Source of the DNA: Minisyncoccota bacterium
Lineage (GTDB): Bacteria > Patescibacteriota > Minisyncoccia > Phycocordibacterales > UBA6065
NCBI GenBank assembly: GCA_036565605.1
Contig: DATCXV010000009.1
Coordinates: 4,977 to 68,976 of the forward strand
Direction of reading: 5' to 3'
Length of the DNA stretch: 64,000 nt
Of the stretch, positions 49,080 through 58,194 are shown in pieces. The stretch's first letter is position 1. Every line of letters begins with the position of its first letter. The position numbers were made by a program, and so were the translations under genes. Under the pieces are notes generated by a model. It made no database searches. It was given only the letters and a program-made list of their open reading frames with translations, and was not told the DNA's origin.

Positions 49080-49625
49080 CTACCACGGTCGCGGTGTTCC
49101 GTTGATCGCAGTTGAGCCTGCGTATGTGACATTGTCTGGAAGTATGATGATGATTTCGCGAGAAGTAGCTCCGTTTCTAATAATAAAGTATTTCGTAAGA
49201 GCCGTTGAAGAGAAGTTTTGAGATGCGGGAGTTCCTAACTTGCGCCAGCCGTCCCTGAAATAGGCATATATTGCAGCCGCACTTCCGTCTTTTGTTGCAA
49301 GCGGGAATACTTCTGAAAGCCTATTGGTCATACTTTGAGAAGGGACATAGCCATCGCCATCGGTAATATTTGAAAGAGCGAAAGTCCCTTCATCAATTAT
49401 GAAATAATGGTCCATATTTACTGGAAGCACATAAGAATGCGTTCCATTGAGACGGTTGACTGCTATACTGTTGCGCGATTGAATTACCTCTTCCTGTTGT
49501 TTTGCGACAAGAGCCTTCGATCGTGAAGTGTTAAGGGTAGACATAACGACGGAAGCAAGAAGAGATATGATCGAGATGACGACGAGAAGTTCGATAAGAG
49601 TGAAACCTTTTTTCATTAATTTCAT
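49080..49625 (-). CDS. Type IV pilin-like protein
   Basis: KKGFTLIELLVVISIISLLASVV. Confidence 0.85.
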   Translation of the reverse strand: MKLMKKGFTLIELLVVISIISLLASVVMSTLNTSRSKALVAKQQEEVIQSRNSIAVNRLNGTHSYVLPVNMDHYFIIDEGTFALSNITDGDGYVPSQSMTNRLSEVFPLATKDGSAAAIYAYFRDGWRKLGTPASQNFSSTALTKYFIIRNGATSREIIIILPDNVTYAGSTAINGTPRPW

Positions 49626-49683
49626 AGTATCACAATAAAAAATTCTCGATCTAGTCAGATCGAGAATTTTTGTGAAGTGAATT

Positions 49684-50100
49684 TTAACGTTTAGACCACT
49701 GTGGGCTTTTACGTGCCTTCTTGAGGCCGAACTTCCTGCGTTCTTTGGCGCGAGGATCGCGCTTCAACATGCCCGCCTTCTTAAGCTTCTTGCGGAGCTC
49801 TTTATCATATTCGATCAAAGCGCGCGAGATAGCATGGCGCAGCGCTTCAGCCTGGCCGTGGATTCCGCCGCCTGTAATAACTGCGGTAACCTTGAACTTC
49901 TGAGTAAGCTTAGCCTCGTTGAACGGAGCAGTAGCGATCGACTGAAGTTCGGTCGTAGCGAAATAGCCGGCCAAATCTTTGTTAGATTCGTCTGCGTTCG
50001 AAATCTCGAACGATTCTTTCGCTGCCGGCGAAATGCGCGCGCGAGCAACTGCCGTCTTGCGGCGTCCGACTGCTTCGAAATATTTAGTATCGGTAGACAT
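49684..50100 (-). CDS. rpsI: 30S ribosomal protein S9
   Basis: GRRKTAVAR, GGG..GQAEA.R, ERRKFGLKKARK.PQWSKR. Confidence 0.98.
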   Translation of the reverse strand: MSTDTKYFEAVGRRKTAVARARISPAAKESFEISNADESNKDLAGYFATTELQSIATAPFNEAKLTQKFKVTAVITGGGIHGQAEALRHAISRALIEYDKELRKKLKKAGMLKRDPRAKERRKFGLKKARKSPQWSKR

Positions 50101-50117
50101 AAAATTACGGCGTATGG

Positions 50118-50468
50118 TTATTCGGTGACGGTCAAATTCTTCATCATCCTGTCCTGAAGCTTGTTCTTCGGGAGCATGCCGTAGACAGCGACTTTGAAAG
50201 CTTCGCCATAACCTTTTTTCTCGATCATATGTGCGAGCGTTGATTCGATCAAGCCGCCCGGGTAACCAGTGTAGCGAGTATAGATCTTTTCATCCTTCTT
50301 CTTGGATGTAATATCAGCCTTGGAAGCATTGGTGATCGTCACTTTGACGTCAGCAACAACGTTCGGCTGGTATGCCGTCGAAGTCTTGCCCATAAGGATC
50401 TTCGCAGCCTGCGATGCAATGCGGCCGATCTTCTTTCCCGATGCGTCGATGGTGTGGTTGGTAGTCAT
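50118..50468 (-). CDS. rplM: 50S ribosomal protein L13
   Basis: IDA.GK..GR.AS..A..L.GK, YTGYPGG, AV.GMLPKNKL. Confidence 0.96.
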   Translation of the reverse strand: MTTNHTIDASGKKIGRIASQAAKILMGKTSTAYQPNVVADVKVTITNASKADITSKKKDEKIYTRYTGYPGGLIESTLAHMIEKKGYGEAFKVAVYGMLPKNKLQDRMMKNLTVTE

Positions 50469-50472
50469 ACGT

Positions 50473-50826
50473 TTACTTTACGAACTGGATATGAGCCATC
50501 TTGGCGCCATCGGTCTTACGCAATGGAAGTTTAACGACACGAGTGTATCCGCCTGGGCGGCCCTTGTATGCCGGAGCGATCTTTTCGATCAGCTTCTTGG
50601 CAGCTTTTTCATCGCCGATGCGAGAAACGATCAGGCGGCGATTTGCAAGCGTTGCGTCGAGTGCCTTGGTAACCAAAGGCTCGATGAACATGCGCAATTC
50701 TTTTGCGCGAGTTTCAGTCGTGGTGATGCCCTCATGCAGAACAAGCGAGCGCACCAAAGACTTGACGAGCGAGCGTCGCTGTCCGCGTTCCCTTCCCAGA
50801 GTGCTGAATTTGTCGTGGTGGCGCAT
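50473..50826 (-). CDS. rplQ: 50S ribosomal protein L17
   Basis: MRH, I.TT..RAKELR, RPGGYTR. Confidence 0.97.
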   Translation of the reverse strand: MRHHDKFSTLGRERGQRRSLVKSLVRSLVLHEGITTTETRAKELRMFIEPLVTKALDATLANRRLIVSRIGDEKAAKKLIEKIAPAYKGRPGGYTRVVKLPLRKTDGAKMAHIQFVK

Positions 50827-50854
50827 GGTTTTCTAATGGAGGGCTATCTTAACA

Positions 50855-51817
50855 TTATTTAAGCGTAATGCCAAATTCCGAGAGAGCTTTCTTGATTTCC
50901 TGAATGCCCTTCGGACCAAGACCGTCGATCGACTCGATGTCGATCTCCTTCTTCTTGACCAAGCCTCCGACGGTGCGGATGTTGGCCGAAGAAAGTGCGT
51001 TCATGGTGCGAGGCGAAAGCTCCAGCTCTTCGATGCGAGTCTTCAAGAACTCGGTATCAAGTTCTTTCTTCGGCATAGCGACCGGTTCGAGCTTTGCAGG
51101 CTTCGCTTCGGCTGCCGGTTCCTCTTCTTTGAAGCCAACAATGGCCTTCAACTGATGAATCATGGTCGCGATCGACTGCTCCAAAGCCTGGTGAGGCGTG
51201 ATAGTACCGTCGGTTTCGATGGTAAGCTTCATGCGGTTGAAATCCGTGCGGTCACCGACGCGCATATTTTCAACTTCGTAGTTTACGCGGCGGATCGGAG
51301 TAAACGTTGCATCAAGTGCAATAGTGCCAATATCAACACGATCTTTCTGAAGAACGTCCTTCGAGACATAGCCAAGACCGCGAGCAACCGTTATTTCCAT
51401 ATCGATGTCAGCCGCCTTGTCAGTAAGGCTCATGATGTACTGGTCAGGATTGAGAATCTCGACCTGGCCTGGAACCTCAAGGTCAGCGCCGGTAACATCC
51501 TTGACGCCCTTTATTTTGAGCGAGATTGTCTGAGGCTCGTTACCCGTCATCTTGATGCGGAGGCGCTTCAAGTTAAGCAGGATGGTGATAACGTCTTCCT
51601 TGACGCCTTCAATAGTCGAAAATTCGTGTTGGACGCCAGCGATCTTTACATGCGTTACTGCCGTACCTGGCAAAGATGACAAAATGATGCGGCGAAGGCT
51701 GTTACCCAAGGTGTGACCATAACCCGGATAGAGGCCGTCAATTTCGTATACGCCAAGATTATCCTTTTCAAGGACGATTTTCGGCTTCGACGGTACTACG
51801 ATGTGAGTCTCGTTCAT
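50855..51817 (-). CDS. rpoA: RNA polymerase alpha subunit
   Basis: GYGHTLGNSLRR.LLSS, HEFSTI.GVKED, alpha-CTD. Confidence 0.98.
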   Translation of the reverse strand: MNETHIVVPSKPKIVLEKDNLGVYEIDGLYPGYGHTLGNSLRRIILSSLPGTAVTHVKIAGVQHEFSTIEGVKEDVITILLNLKRLRIKMTGNEPQTISLKIKGVKDVTGADLEVPGQVEILNPDQYIMSLTDKAADIDMEITVARGLGYVSKDVLQKDRVDIGTIALDATFTPIRRVNYEVENMRVGDRTDFNRMKLTIETDGTITPHQALEQSIATMIHQLKAIVGFKEEEPAAEAKPAKLEPVAMPKKELDTEFLKTRIEELELSPRTMNALSSANIRTVGGLVKKKEIDIESIDGLGPKGIQEIKKALSEFGITLK

Positions 51818-51838
51818 AGTGTGTACGTTACTTAAAAA

Positions 51839-52441
51839 TTAACGGCTATAAAACTCGATCACTTGCCCCAGGTTGAAGAGGTTCTCCTTCTGATCCCACT
51901 TCGGAGATCCCTCGGCGGAAGCAGTCTTCTTGTCTGCGTCGTAGGAGAGCCACGACGGAATTCTTGCGGCCTTTGCTTTCTCTTCAAAATCCTTGAAGAG
52001 AGGCTTCTTCTGGCTTGATGGCATAACAGTGATCTTGTCGCCCTTCCCTACTTCGAACGAAGGCGAATTGGTGCGAGTACCATCGACGGCAATGTGGCCG
52101 TGAACGACCATCTGGCGAGCTGCCTGACGCGTCGGCGCCCAACCAAGGCGGTACAAAACATTGTCGAGGCGTGTTTCGAGGCGTTCATACAATGCCTGCG
52201 TAGTGTTCACGCCCTTCTTGGCCACCGATTCCTTGACATACTTCTTGAACTGGCGCTCCAAAACACCGTAGGTATAGCGAACCTTCTGCTTTTCAAGCAT
52301 CGAGAGAGCGAAATCTCCTTTCGGGCGAGAACCCGACGGTGCCTTGCGCTCTGCGCGGAGAGCGAACTTCTGGGTCGACGTTTTCTCGAAGATTGATGCT
52401 CCGAGGCGGCGTGCGATCTTGTACTTGGGCTTGTTGATCAT
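51839..52441 (-). CDS. rpsD: 30S ribosomal protein S4
   Basis: EKQKVR..YG..E.QF, LE.RLDN..YRLG, ARQ.V.HGH. Confidence 0.97.
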   Translation of the reverse strand: MINKPKYKIARRLGASIFEKTSTQKFALRAERKAPSGSRPKGDFALSMLEKQKVRYTYGVLERQFKKYVKESVAKKGVNTTQALYERLETRLDNVLYRLGWAPTRQAARQMVVHGHIAVDGTRTNSPSFEVGKGDKITVMPSSQKKPLFKDFEEKAKAARIPSWLSYDADKKTASAEGSPKWDQKENLFNLGQVIEFYSR

Positions 52442-52459
52442 AGGAATTGGTAAATTGGA

Positions 52460-52900
52460 TTAGACGCGTCGCGGTTTCTTTGGTCGAGGGCCATTGTGCG
52501 GAACTGGCGTCACGTCCTTAACAGACGAAATGCCGATGCCCTTGGTGATGAATGAACGGACAGCCGATTCACGGCCCGATCCAACACCCTTAATAACGAC
52601 GGAAACTTCTTTGACACCCATGAGCTTTGCTTTGTCAGCAAGAATCTCGCCAACTTTGGCAGCAGCAAACGGAGTTCCCTTCTTTGCGCCCTTGAAACCA
52701 AGAGCTCCTGACGAAGACTGGGCCAACGCGTTACCCTTGGAATCAGTAAGCAGACAGAGCGTGTTATTGTACGTGGACTGGACGTACAAGGTCGCAGCGT
52801 CAACTTTGCGCTTTGGTGCTTTGACGGTAGCCGTGCTTGCCGACGGATTCTTCGGCTCGGACGACGCGACTTTCTTCTCTGCTTTCTTTGCTTCAGCCAT
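52460..52900 (-). CDS. rpsK: 30S ribosomal protein S11
   Basis: STYNNT, GFKG.KK.TPFAA, DVTPVPHNG.RP.K.RRV. Confidence 0.98.
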   Translation of the reverse strand: MAEAKKAEKKVASSEPKNPSASTATVKAPKRKVDAATLYVQSTYNNTLCLLTDSKGNALAQSSSGALGFKGAKKGTPFAAAKVGEILADKAKLMGVKEVSVVIKGVGSGRESAVRSFITKGIGISSVKDVTPVPHNGPRPKKPRRV

Positions 52901-52933
52901 GGTGTTTAGGAATAATTAAATTACTTCAGCAGA

Positions 52934-53314
52934 TTACTTCTTCTCTGCTACCTTGCGACCGGTGCCCGCTGTCTTGCGGACGTTACCGCGGCGAGTACGC
53001 GAGTTGGTCTTGGTGCGCTGACCGCGAACCGGGAGGCCGCGCTGATGGCGAACACCACGATACGCCTTGATGTCCTTCAAGCGTTTTACGTTTGCTGCGA
53101 CTTCGCGCTTCAAGTCGCCTTCGATCTTGAGGCCTTCCATCGCTGCCTTAATAGAGTTTTCTTCATCCGCCGTGATGTCTTTCGACTTTTTGGTCGGATC
53201 AATCTTAGCGTCCTCGAGGATCGAGAGAGCGCGAGAACGACCGACGCCGTAGAGCGTGGTCAGAGCGATTGCAATTTGCTTTTCGTCAGGAAGGGTTATA
53301 CCGAGGATGCGCAT
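52934..53314 (-). CDS. rpsM: 30S ribosomal protein S13
   Basis: YRG.RH..GLPVRGQRTKTN.RTR. Confidence 0.98.
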   Translation of the reverse strand: MRILGITLPDEKQIAIALTTLYGVGRSRALSILEDAKIDPTKKSKDITADEENSIKAAMEGLKIEGDLKREVAANVKRLKDIKAYRGVRHQRGLPVRGQRTKTNSRTRRGNVRKTAGTGRKVAEKK

Positions 53315-53367
53315 GGGTAGGACGTGTGGGAATAGGTTGCTATGGTAGCACGGTCACTTTTAAATGT

Positions 53368-53484
53368 CTAGCCCTGACGCTGCTTATGGCGAGGATTGCC
53401 CTTGCACACAACATAAACATAGCCCTTGCGACGGACTATTTTGCACTTGGCGCACTTGACCTGTACCGATGATTTTACTCGCAT
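53368..53484 (-). CDS. rpmJ: 50S ribosomal protein L36 (not in ORF track)
   Basis: [38 protein letters not shown]. Confidence 0.97.
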   Translation of the reverse strand: MRVKSSVQVKCAKCKIVRRKGYVYVVCKGNPRHKQRQG

Positions 53485-53506
53485 GGAATTTGATTAAAAA
53501 TGAAAA

Positions 53507-53719
53507 CTACATTCGCTGGACTACCCTGCCTTTGCCGCCGTAGGGATCAAGCTCTACCTTGACCTTGTCGCCGACAAGCACCCGGATACGATTCATCCTC
53601 ATCTTGCCTGCAAGATACGTCAGTATCTCGGAACCGTCTTCGAGTTGGACGCGAAAGAAGGTATTAGGCAAGGCTTCGGTGACGACGCCCTGGACGCTTT
53701 GTTTATCTTGGTCTGCCAT
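53507..53719 (-). CDS. infA: Translation initiation factor IF-1
   Basis: G.V.EALPN..FRV.L, GKMR.N.IR.L.GD.V.VE. Confidence 0.97.
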   Translation of the reverse strand: MADQDKQSVQGVVTEALPNTFFRVQLEDGSEILTYLAGKMRMNRIRVLVGDKVKVELDPYGGKGRVVQRM

Positions 53720-53766
53720 TATTTCGAACGTCTTGCCATTATAGACTGAAGCAAGAAGAGTGTCAA

Positions 53767-55125
53767 TTACGGAGTCTTGGTTATATCAATCGAAGAGAGT
53801 GATGTTGGGAACGAGCGACGCCAGAATGGTCTGATAGATATATCAGCCTTCTCGATCATTGGATAATTAGAAAGGATGGTAGAAACAGCTGCGCGAGACT
53901 GCCCCTTAAGTGCTGTTTTCAATGCTAGTTCATCATACGTCCATTCAAGTGTGGCAGGACCTTTAAGCGAGAACGAAATCGAGTCAGAAGAAGGATCAAA
54001 GCCAGACTTTGGTGTGAAGACCAGATCCGCAGGTTCCTGGATGATTGTCGCACTACCATCATTTTTGCCAGTCGCAGCAGCGATAGCTTGGCCAAAGGCG
54101 TGCGGCTCGAAAACTGCTGCTGAAATAGTACCTTCTTCCTTGATCAAAGCCGAACCACTATCAGCAGATTCGTCAGGCAGGTCTTTGAAGCTGATCACGT
54201 ACGCATTGTCATAAAAGACTGCGCCTGGAGCCATGGCCGCCTTTGCTTTTTCAAGAAGCGATGTCGTAAGTGCAGCTTCGTTTGCTTGTTTTGCCTTTGC
54301 ACGATCAGCATCAGCTACGACCTTCTGTGTGCCTACAAAGCCGCCAGCAAAAGGAGTTTTTGATCGAGCGTAAAAACCCTGGTAGCGAGGATCGCCTTTA
54401 AAACCTGGAATAGTTAAATCCTTCAAGCCAACATTGTATTTATCGCCTGGTTCATCGGCCATGACCACTGCTTCAATCGATCCTGGCTTTGATCCAGATT
54501 TGCCCGGCACGGTAACCGAGTCAGAAATGCGGTACACAAGTCCTTCTGGTGTCTCGAAACGAGTATTTTTAATAAGTCGCTGCGATGCCGAGCTGTAATT
54601 GTTATATATAACGATCGTCCCCGACGCGCGGGTTGAAACCTGTTTTTCGCCGTTCGCTTTGACCGTCTGGCCTGCTGTATCTTTGATAATTACCGGCAAG
54701 AAAGCCAGGCCAGTTGCAGCCTCCTTCTTTGCTGTAAAGTCATTTGCAACGGTAACATCAGCCGTCTTTACTGTTACAGCCATAGCTGCACCATGGAAAA
54801 CAGTTGATAGAAGCACCGCAGCGACGATGACCAACGTGACGATACCTGCGAAAACTCTTTTCGCGCTTGAACCGCGGCGTCGGGACCTCGGCTTTTTTTT
54901 ACTTACTTCTTCCTGAGCATGCTCCCACTCTCTTATTGCTTCAGAAGGCTCGGGCCTGCGTTCTACTTTTTTGCGGACAATTACCATGTCGCCATCTTGC
55001 TCGACGACTGGTTCGGTTCGAGGCGCTGGACGTTCAACCGCACGCGGTCGAATATCTTTAAGCGGCACGTTCCTGATAGAACGACGATCTGGTGGCACGA
55101 TGTCTTGGAAAGAATTTCGAGGCAT
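53767..55125 (-). CDS. Single-TM protein with baseplate J/gp47-like extracellular region
   Basis: A.GT..IYN, TRF, V.A...G..YN, GG motifs seen in baseplate-J-like proteins. Confidence 0.7.
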   Translation of the reverse strand: MPRNSFQDIVPPDRRSIRNVPLKDIRPRAVERPAPRTEPVVEQDGDMVIVRKKVERRPEPSEAIREWEHAQEEVSKKKPRSRRRGSSAKRVFAGIVTLVIVAAVLLSTVFHGAAMAVTVKTADVTVANDFTAKKEAATGLAFLPVIIKDTAGQTVKANGEKQVSTRASGTIVIYNNYSSASQRLIKNTRFETPEGLVYRISDSVTVPGKSGSKPGSIEAVVMADEPGDKYNVGLKDLTIPGFKGDPRYQGFYARSKTPFAGGFVGTQKVVADADRAKAKQANEAALTTSLLEKAKAAMAPGAVFYDNAYVISFKDLPDESADSGSALIKEEGTISAAVFEPHAFGQAIAAATGKNDGSATIIQEPADLVFTPKSGFDPSSDSISFSLKGPATLEWTYDELALKTALKGQSRAAVSTILSNYPMIEKADISIRPFWRRSFPTSLSSIDITKTP

Positions 55126-55141
55126 AACTCTGTTATGTTTC

Positions 55142-56296
55142 CTATATCATATCATACGCTCGGGCAGCGAAAGCAGATGCGATAGCAATGAAGGCATCTT
55201 TTTCCGCGTGCTCGCTAAAAGAAACTGAATCTTTCAGGCGATCGGCGCTTACCAATGTCGGTGAAAATGATCCGGCCGAAAGCGTTCTCATAAAGAATGG
55301 AAGCAGGTCACCGTCGATAACGGCATAACTTTCTTTCGGAAGCGACACATGGTCAGAAAGCCGGGTCAGAGCATCAGAAAGCGATTTCATCCAGTTTTCC
55401 CCCGCCTCGTCTAAGACCGGCCGGACCTTTTCCTTGGTCGTATCGTCAAGTTTTCCTTCTTCATATAGACGAATCAAAGATGAGGCTTGCTCGGGTGATG
55501 TTGCAAAGGCTTTTGCAGCCGCAGAAACAATAGTATTGCGACCTGCCGGAAAGCTTGCGCTTTCAAGCAGAAGTCCGTCTTTGGTCACTGCGACGTCCGA
55601 AAGTTCTCCACCGATATCAAGATAGAGAAAATCCGGCGCAGTCTGAAACGTATCTCGAATAGTCGAGAATGAAGCCAATGCCAGCGTGTGCGCATTGGTT
55701 CCTTTCGGGTGAAATGCAGCAATTGTTATCTGGCGGACTTTTTCTAAAACCATATTCGGAACCAAGCTCATAAAGATCGAGATTTGAGCGGATTTTGCCT
55801 TTTTGCCGTACGGATCGGCAAGTTCGTAACCGTTCAGTGTGATCTGCACCACCTTACGTTCGATGATCGTAAGTTCCTTTGCGATCTCATTTGCTACTCC
55901 ACCAACGTCTTGCGCAATCTTTTCAATCAAAGCCTCTGTAAGCTCGAACGGTGTTTCTTCATCGATTGAAACAACACGCGTCTGAGTCACCGACCAGGGC
56001 GAAGAAAAGATATGCATCACTCGCTTCACCTTAAGACCACCAAATTCTGTGAACTTCAAATGTGATGCACCTTCGTGGATTATGCGCTCGTTCGCTCTTT
56101 CCAAAGCTGCAATCATCTGAGAAAGAAGGCGCTCTGCATCTTTGCTCGAGGTGGCCTTTTCAGACAGCAATTCGCGAACCGTAAAAATGACTTGAGGTGC
56201 AGCACCCTTTGTAAATCTAACCAAGCCCGCCCCAACCGATGCCGATCCGATGTGAAAGACAACACCGAGTTCGGTTTTCGAAGAGAAAAGAGACAT
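55142..56296 (-). CDS. FtsA/PilM-like actin-fold protein (degenerate)
   Basis: FHIGSASV (phosphate-1-like), LNGY...PYG, LDIGGELSD (phosphate-2-like). Confidence 0.7.
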   Translation of the reverse strand: MSLFSSKTELGVVFHIGSASVGAGLVRFTKGAAPQVIFTVRELLSEKATSSKDAERLLSQMIAALERANERIIHEGASHLKFTEFGGLKVKRVMHIFSSPWSVTQTRVVSIDEETPFELTEALIEKIAQDVGGVANEIAKELTIIERKVVQITLNGYELADPYGKKAKSAQISIFMSLVPNMVLEKVRQITIAAFHPKGTNAHTLALASFSTIRDTFQTAPDFLYLDIGGELSDVAVTKDGLLLESASFPAGRNTIVSAAAKAFATSPEQASSLIRLYEEGKLDDTTKEKVRPVLDEAGENWMKSLSDALTRLSDHVSLPKESYAVIDGDLLPFFMRTLSAGSFSPTLVSADRLKDSVSFSEHAEKDAFIAIASAFAARAYDMI

Positions 56297-56357
56297 GGGT
56301 AAAGTATAGCAAAGAAAATGGACCCGTCGCGCAGCGACGATAGGTTTCTCGAATTGA

Positions 56358-58139
56358 CTAAACAAGTACCGCCTTGATGCGCCTTACTCCCGCGCTCACT
56401 GCTTCCTCTTTCTGAATCTTGAACATGCCTAAAGTGCCTGTGTTTTCGACATGTGGTCCACCGCAGAATTCCTTTGAAACGGCCGAATCGATAGAATCAC
56501 CGATGTAATAGACGGACACAACGTCGCCATATTTATCACCGAAGAAATGCAGGGCACCGGTCTTCTCGGCTTCGGCCTTAGGAAGCTCTACGCGATGAAC
56601 TGGGAGTTTCTTCTGAATATTGGCGTTTACAATCTCCTCGACGCGTCGTTTTTCATCATCGGTCATTTTTGCCGGATGAGTAAAGTCAAAACGCAAACGT
56701 TCGGGTGTGATATTCGATCCTTTTTGCTGGACATGTGAGCCTAACACCTGACGCAGTGCCTGGTGCAGTAAGTGAGTCGCGGTGTGATATTTCAGCGACA
56801 TTTCGGACGTATCGCCCAGGCCGCCTTTGAATTTCTGTTCGGCGCCCGCACGAGAAAGATCCTGATGTTTTTTGAATTCGGCATCAAAGCCAGCCTTGTC
56901 GACGGTGATTCCCCTGCCCTTGGCCATTTCGATGGTCAGATCGATCGGGAAACCGTAGCTCGAGAACAATACAAAGGCATCGGCGCCCGACATGCTGCCC
57001 GATTTCGCCATCTTTTCGAACTCCTTCATGCCGTTTGTGAGCGTATCCGAAAACTTCTTGGCTTCTTCGCCGATGACGCGCTTGATATCGGCCGCCTTTG
57101 TCACCAACTCCGGATATGCTTCCTTATAAATGCTGACATAGGTGTCGATGACGGCTCCGATACGCTTGTCATCAAGCATTTTGTCGCTGGTATTCATGAT
57201 GGCGCGACGAATAAGGCGGCGCAAGATATAGCCCTGATCAGTATTTGAAGGAAGTACGCCGTCGCAGACCAAAAACATGCTCGCGCGCAAGTGATCGGCA
57301 ATAATGCGCTTGCTGCGGACCGAGACGTCCGGGCTTTTCATTAAAGCCATGACTGGCGCAAAAATATCCGTCTCGAATACATTCGATTTCTTCTGGAGGA
57401 TAGCGCAGATACGTTCAAGTCCGGCACCGGTATCGACGTTCTTTTTGGCAAGTTTACCAATAATCTTGCCTTCCCTTTTCTCGAACTCCATGAACACATC
57501 GTTCCAGATCTCGATCACCTTGCCTTCATCGTCTGCTTTGTCGTATTCGGCAGGAGTAAGATCGCCAAGACCCTCTTCGGTCACGTCATAGAACATTTCA
57601 GAGCACGGACCCGTTGGTCCGGTCCAGGTATCTTGACCTTTCACAGCTGGCCACCAGTTCGCTGAAGCGTCTTTGTAATAAATTCGGTGCTTGGGCATAC
57701 CAACTGATTCCCAAATATTCGCCGCCTCGTCGTCTTTTGCTGCATTTTGGTCTCCAGCAAAGACTGTTACGTACAAACGATTCGGGTCAAGACCGAATCC
57801 TTCGGTCTTTGATGTGAGCAGCTCATAACTCCACCTGATTGCCTCTTCTTTGAAATATGATCCCAAAGACCAGTTTCCAAGCATCTCGAAAAACGTCAGA
57901 TGGCGATTGTCGCCAATATCGTCGATGTCGCCGGTGCGCACACACTTCTGCACATCAGCAAGCTTGTCGCCTTGCGGATGCGGGCGACCCATAAGATACG
58001 GCACCAAAGGCTGCATGCCGGCAGTATTGAAAAGAACCGTCGGGTCATTCTCGGGAACCAACGGTGCAGATGGCAATATCGCATGACCACGAGCGGCGAA
58101 AAAAGCCAAAAAGCGACGACGTACTTCGGCGGATGTCAT
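56358..58139 (-). CDS. alaS: Alanine--tRNA ligase (short form without C-Ala domain)
   Basis: FNTAGMQ, FFEMLGNWS, GPCSE, DTGAGLER, HTATHLL, EFCGGPH, GVRRI. Confidence 0.97.
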   Translation of the reverse strand: MTSAEVRRRFLAFFAARGHAILPSAPLVPENDPTVLFNTAGMQPLVPYLMGRPHPQGDKLADVQKCVRTGDIDDIGDNRHLTFFEMLGNWSLGSYFKEEAIRWSYELLTSKTEGFGLDPNRLYVTVFAGDQNAAKDDEAANIWESVGMPKHRIYYKDASANWWPAVKGQDTWTGPTGPCSEMFYDVTEEGLGDLTPAEYDKADDEGKVIEIWNDVFMEFEKREGKIIGKLAKKNVDTGAGLERICAILQKKSNVFETDIFAPVMALMKSPDVSVRSKRIIADHLRASMFLVCDGVLPSNTDQGYILRRLIRRAIMNTSDKMLDDKRIGAVIDTYVSIYKEAYPELVTKAADIKRVIGEEAKKFSDTLTNGMKEFEKMAKSGSMSGADAFVLFSSYGFPIDLTIEMAKGRGITVDKAGFDAEFKKHQDLSRAGAEQKFKGGLGDTSEMSLKYHTATHLLHQALRQVLGSHVQQKGSNITPERLRFDFTHPAKMTDDEKRRVEEIVNANIQKKLPVHRVELPKAEAEKTGALHFFGDKYGDVVSVYYIGDSIDSAVSKEFCGGPHVENTGTLGMFKIQKEEAVSAGVRRIKAVLV

Positions 58140-58194
58140 ATAAGCGCAAATTTAACACGTTTTCAGGTAGAAAAAAACTCCCACAGGTTTTCAC

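Noticed and set aside
53767-55125. Baseplate-like gene as a prophage remnant
   Set aside because: Has a TM anchor, housekeeping neighbours and no other virion genes
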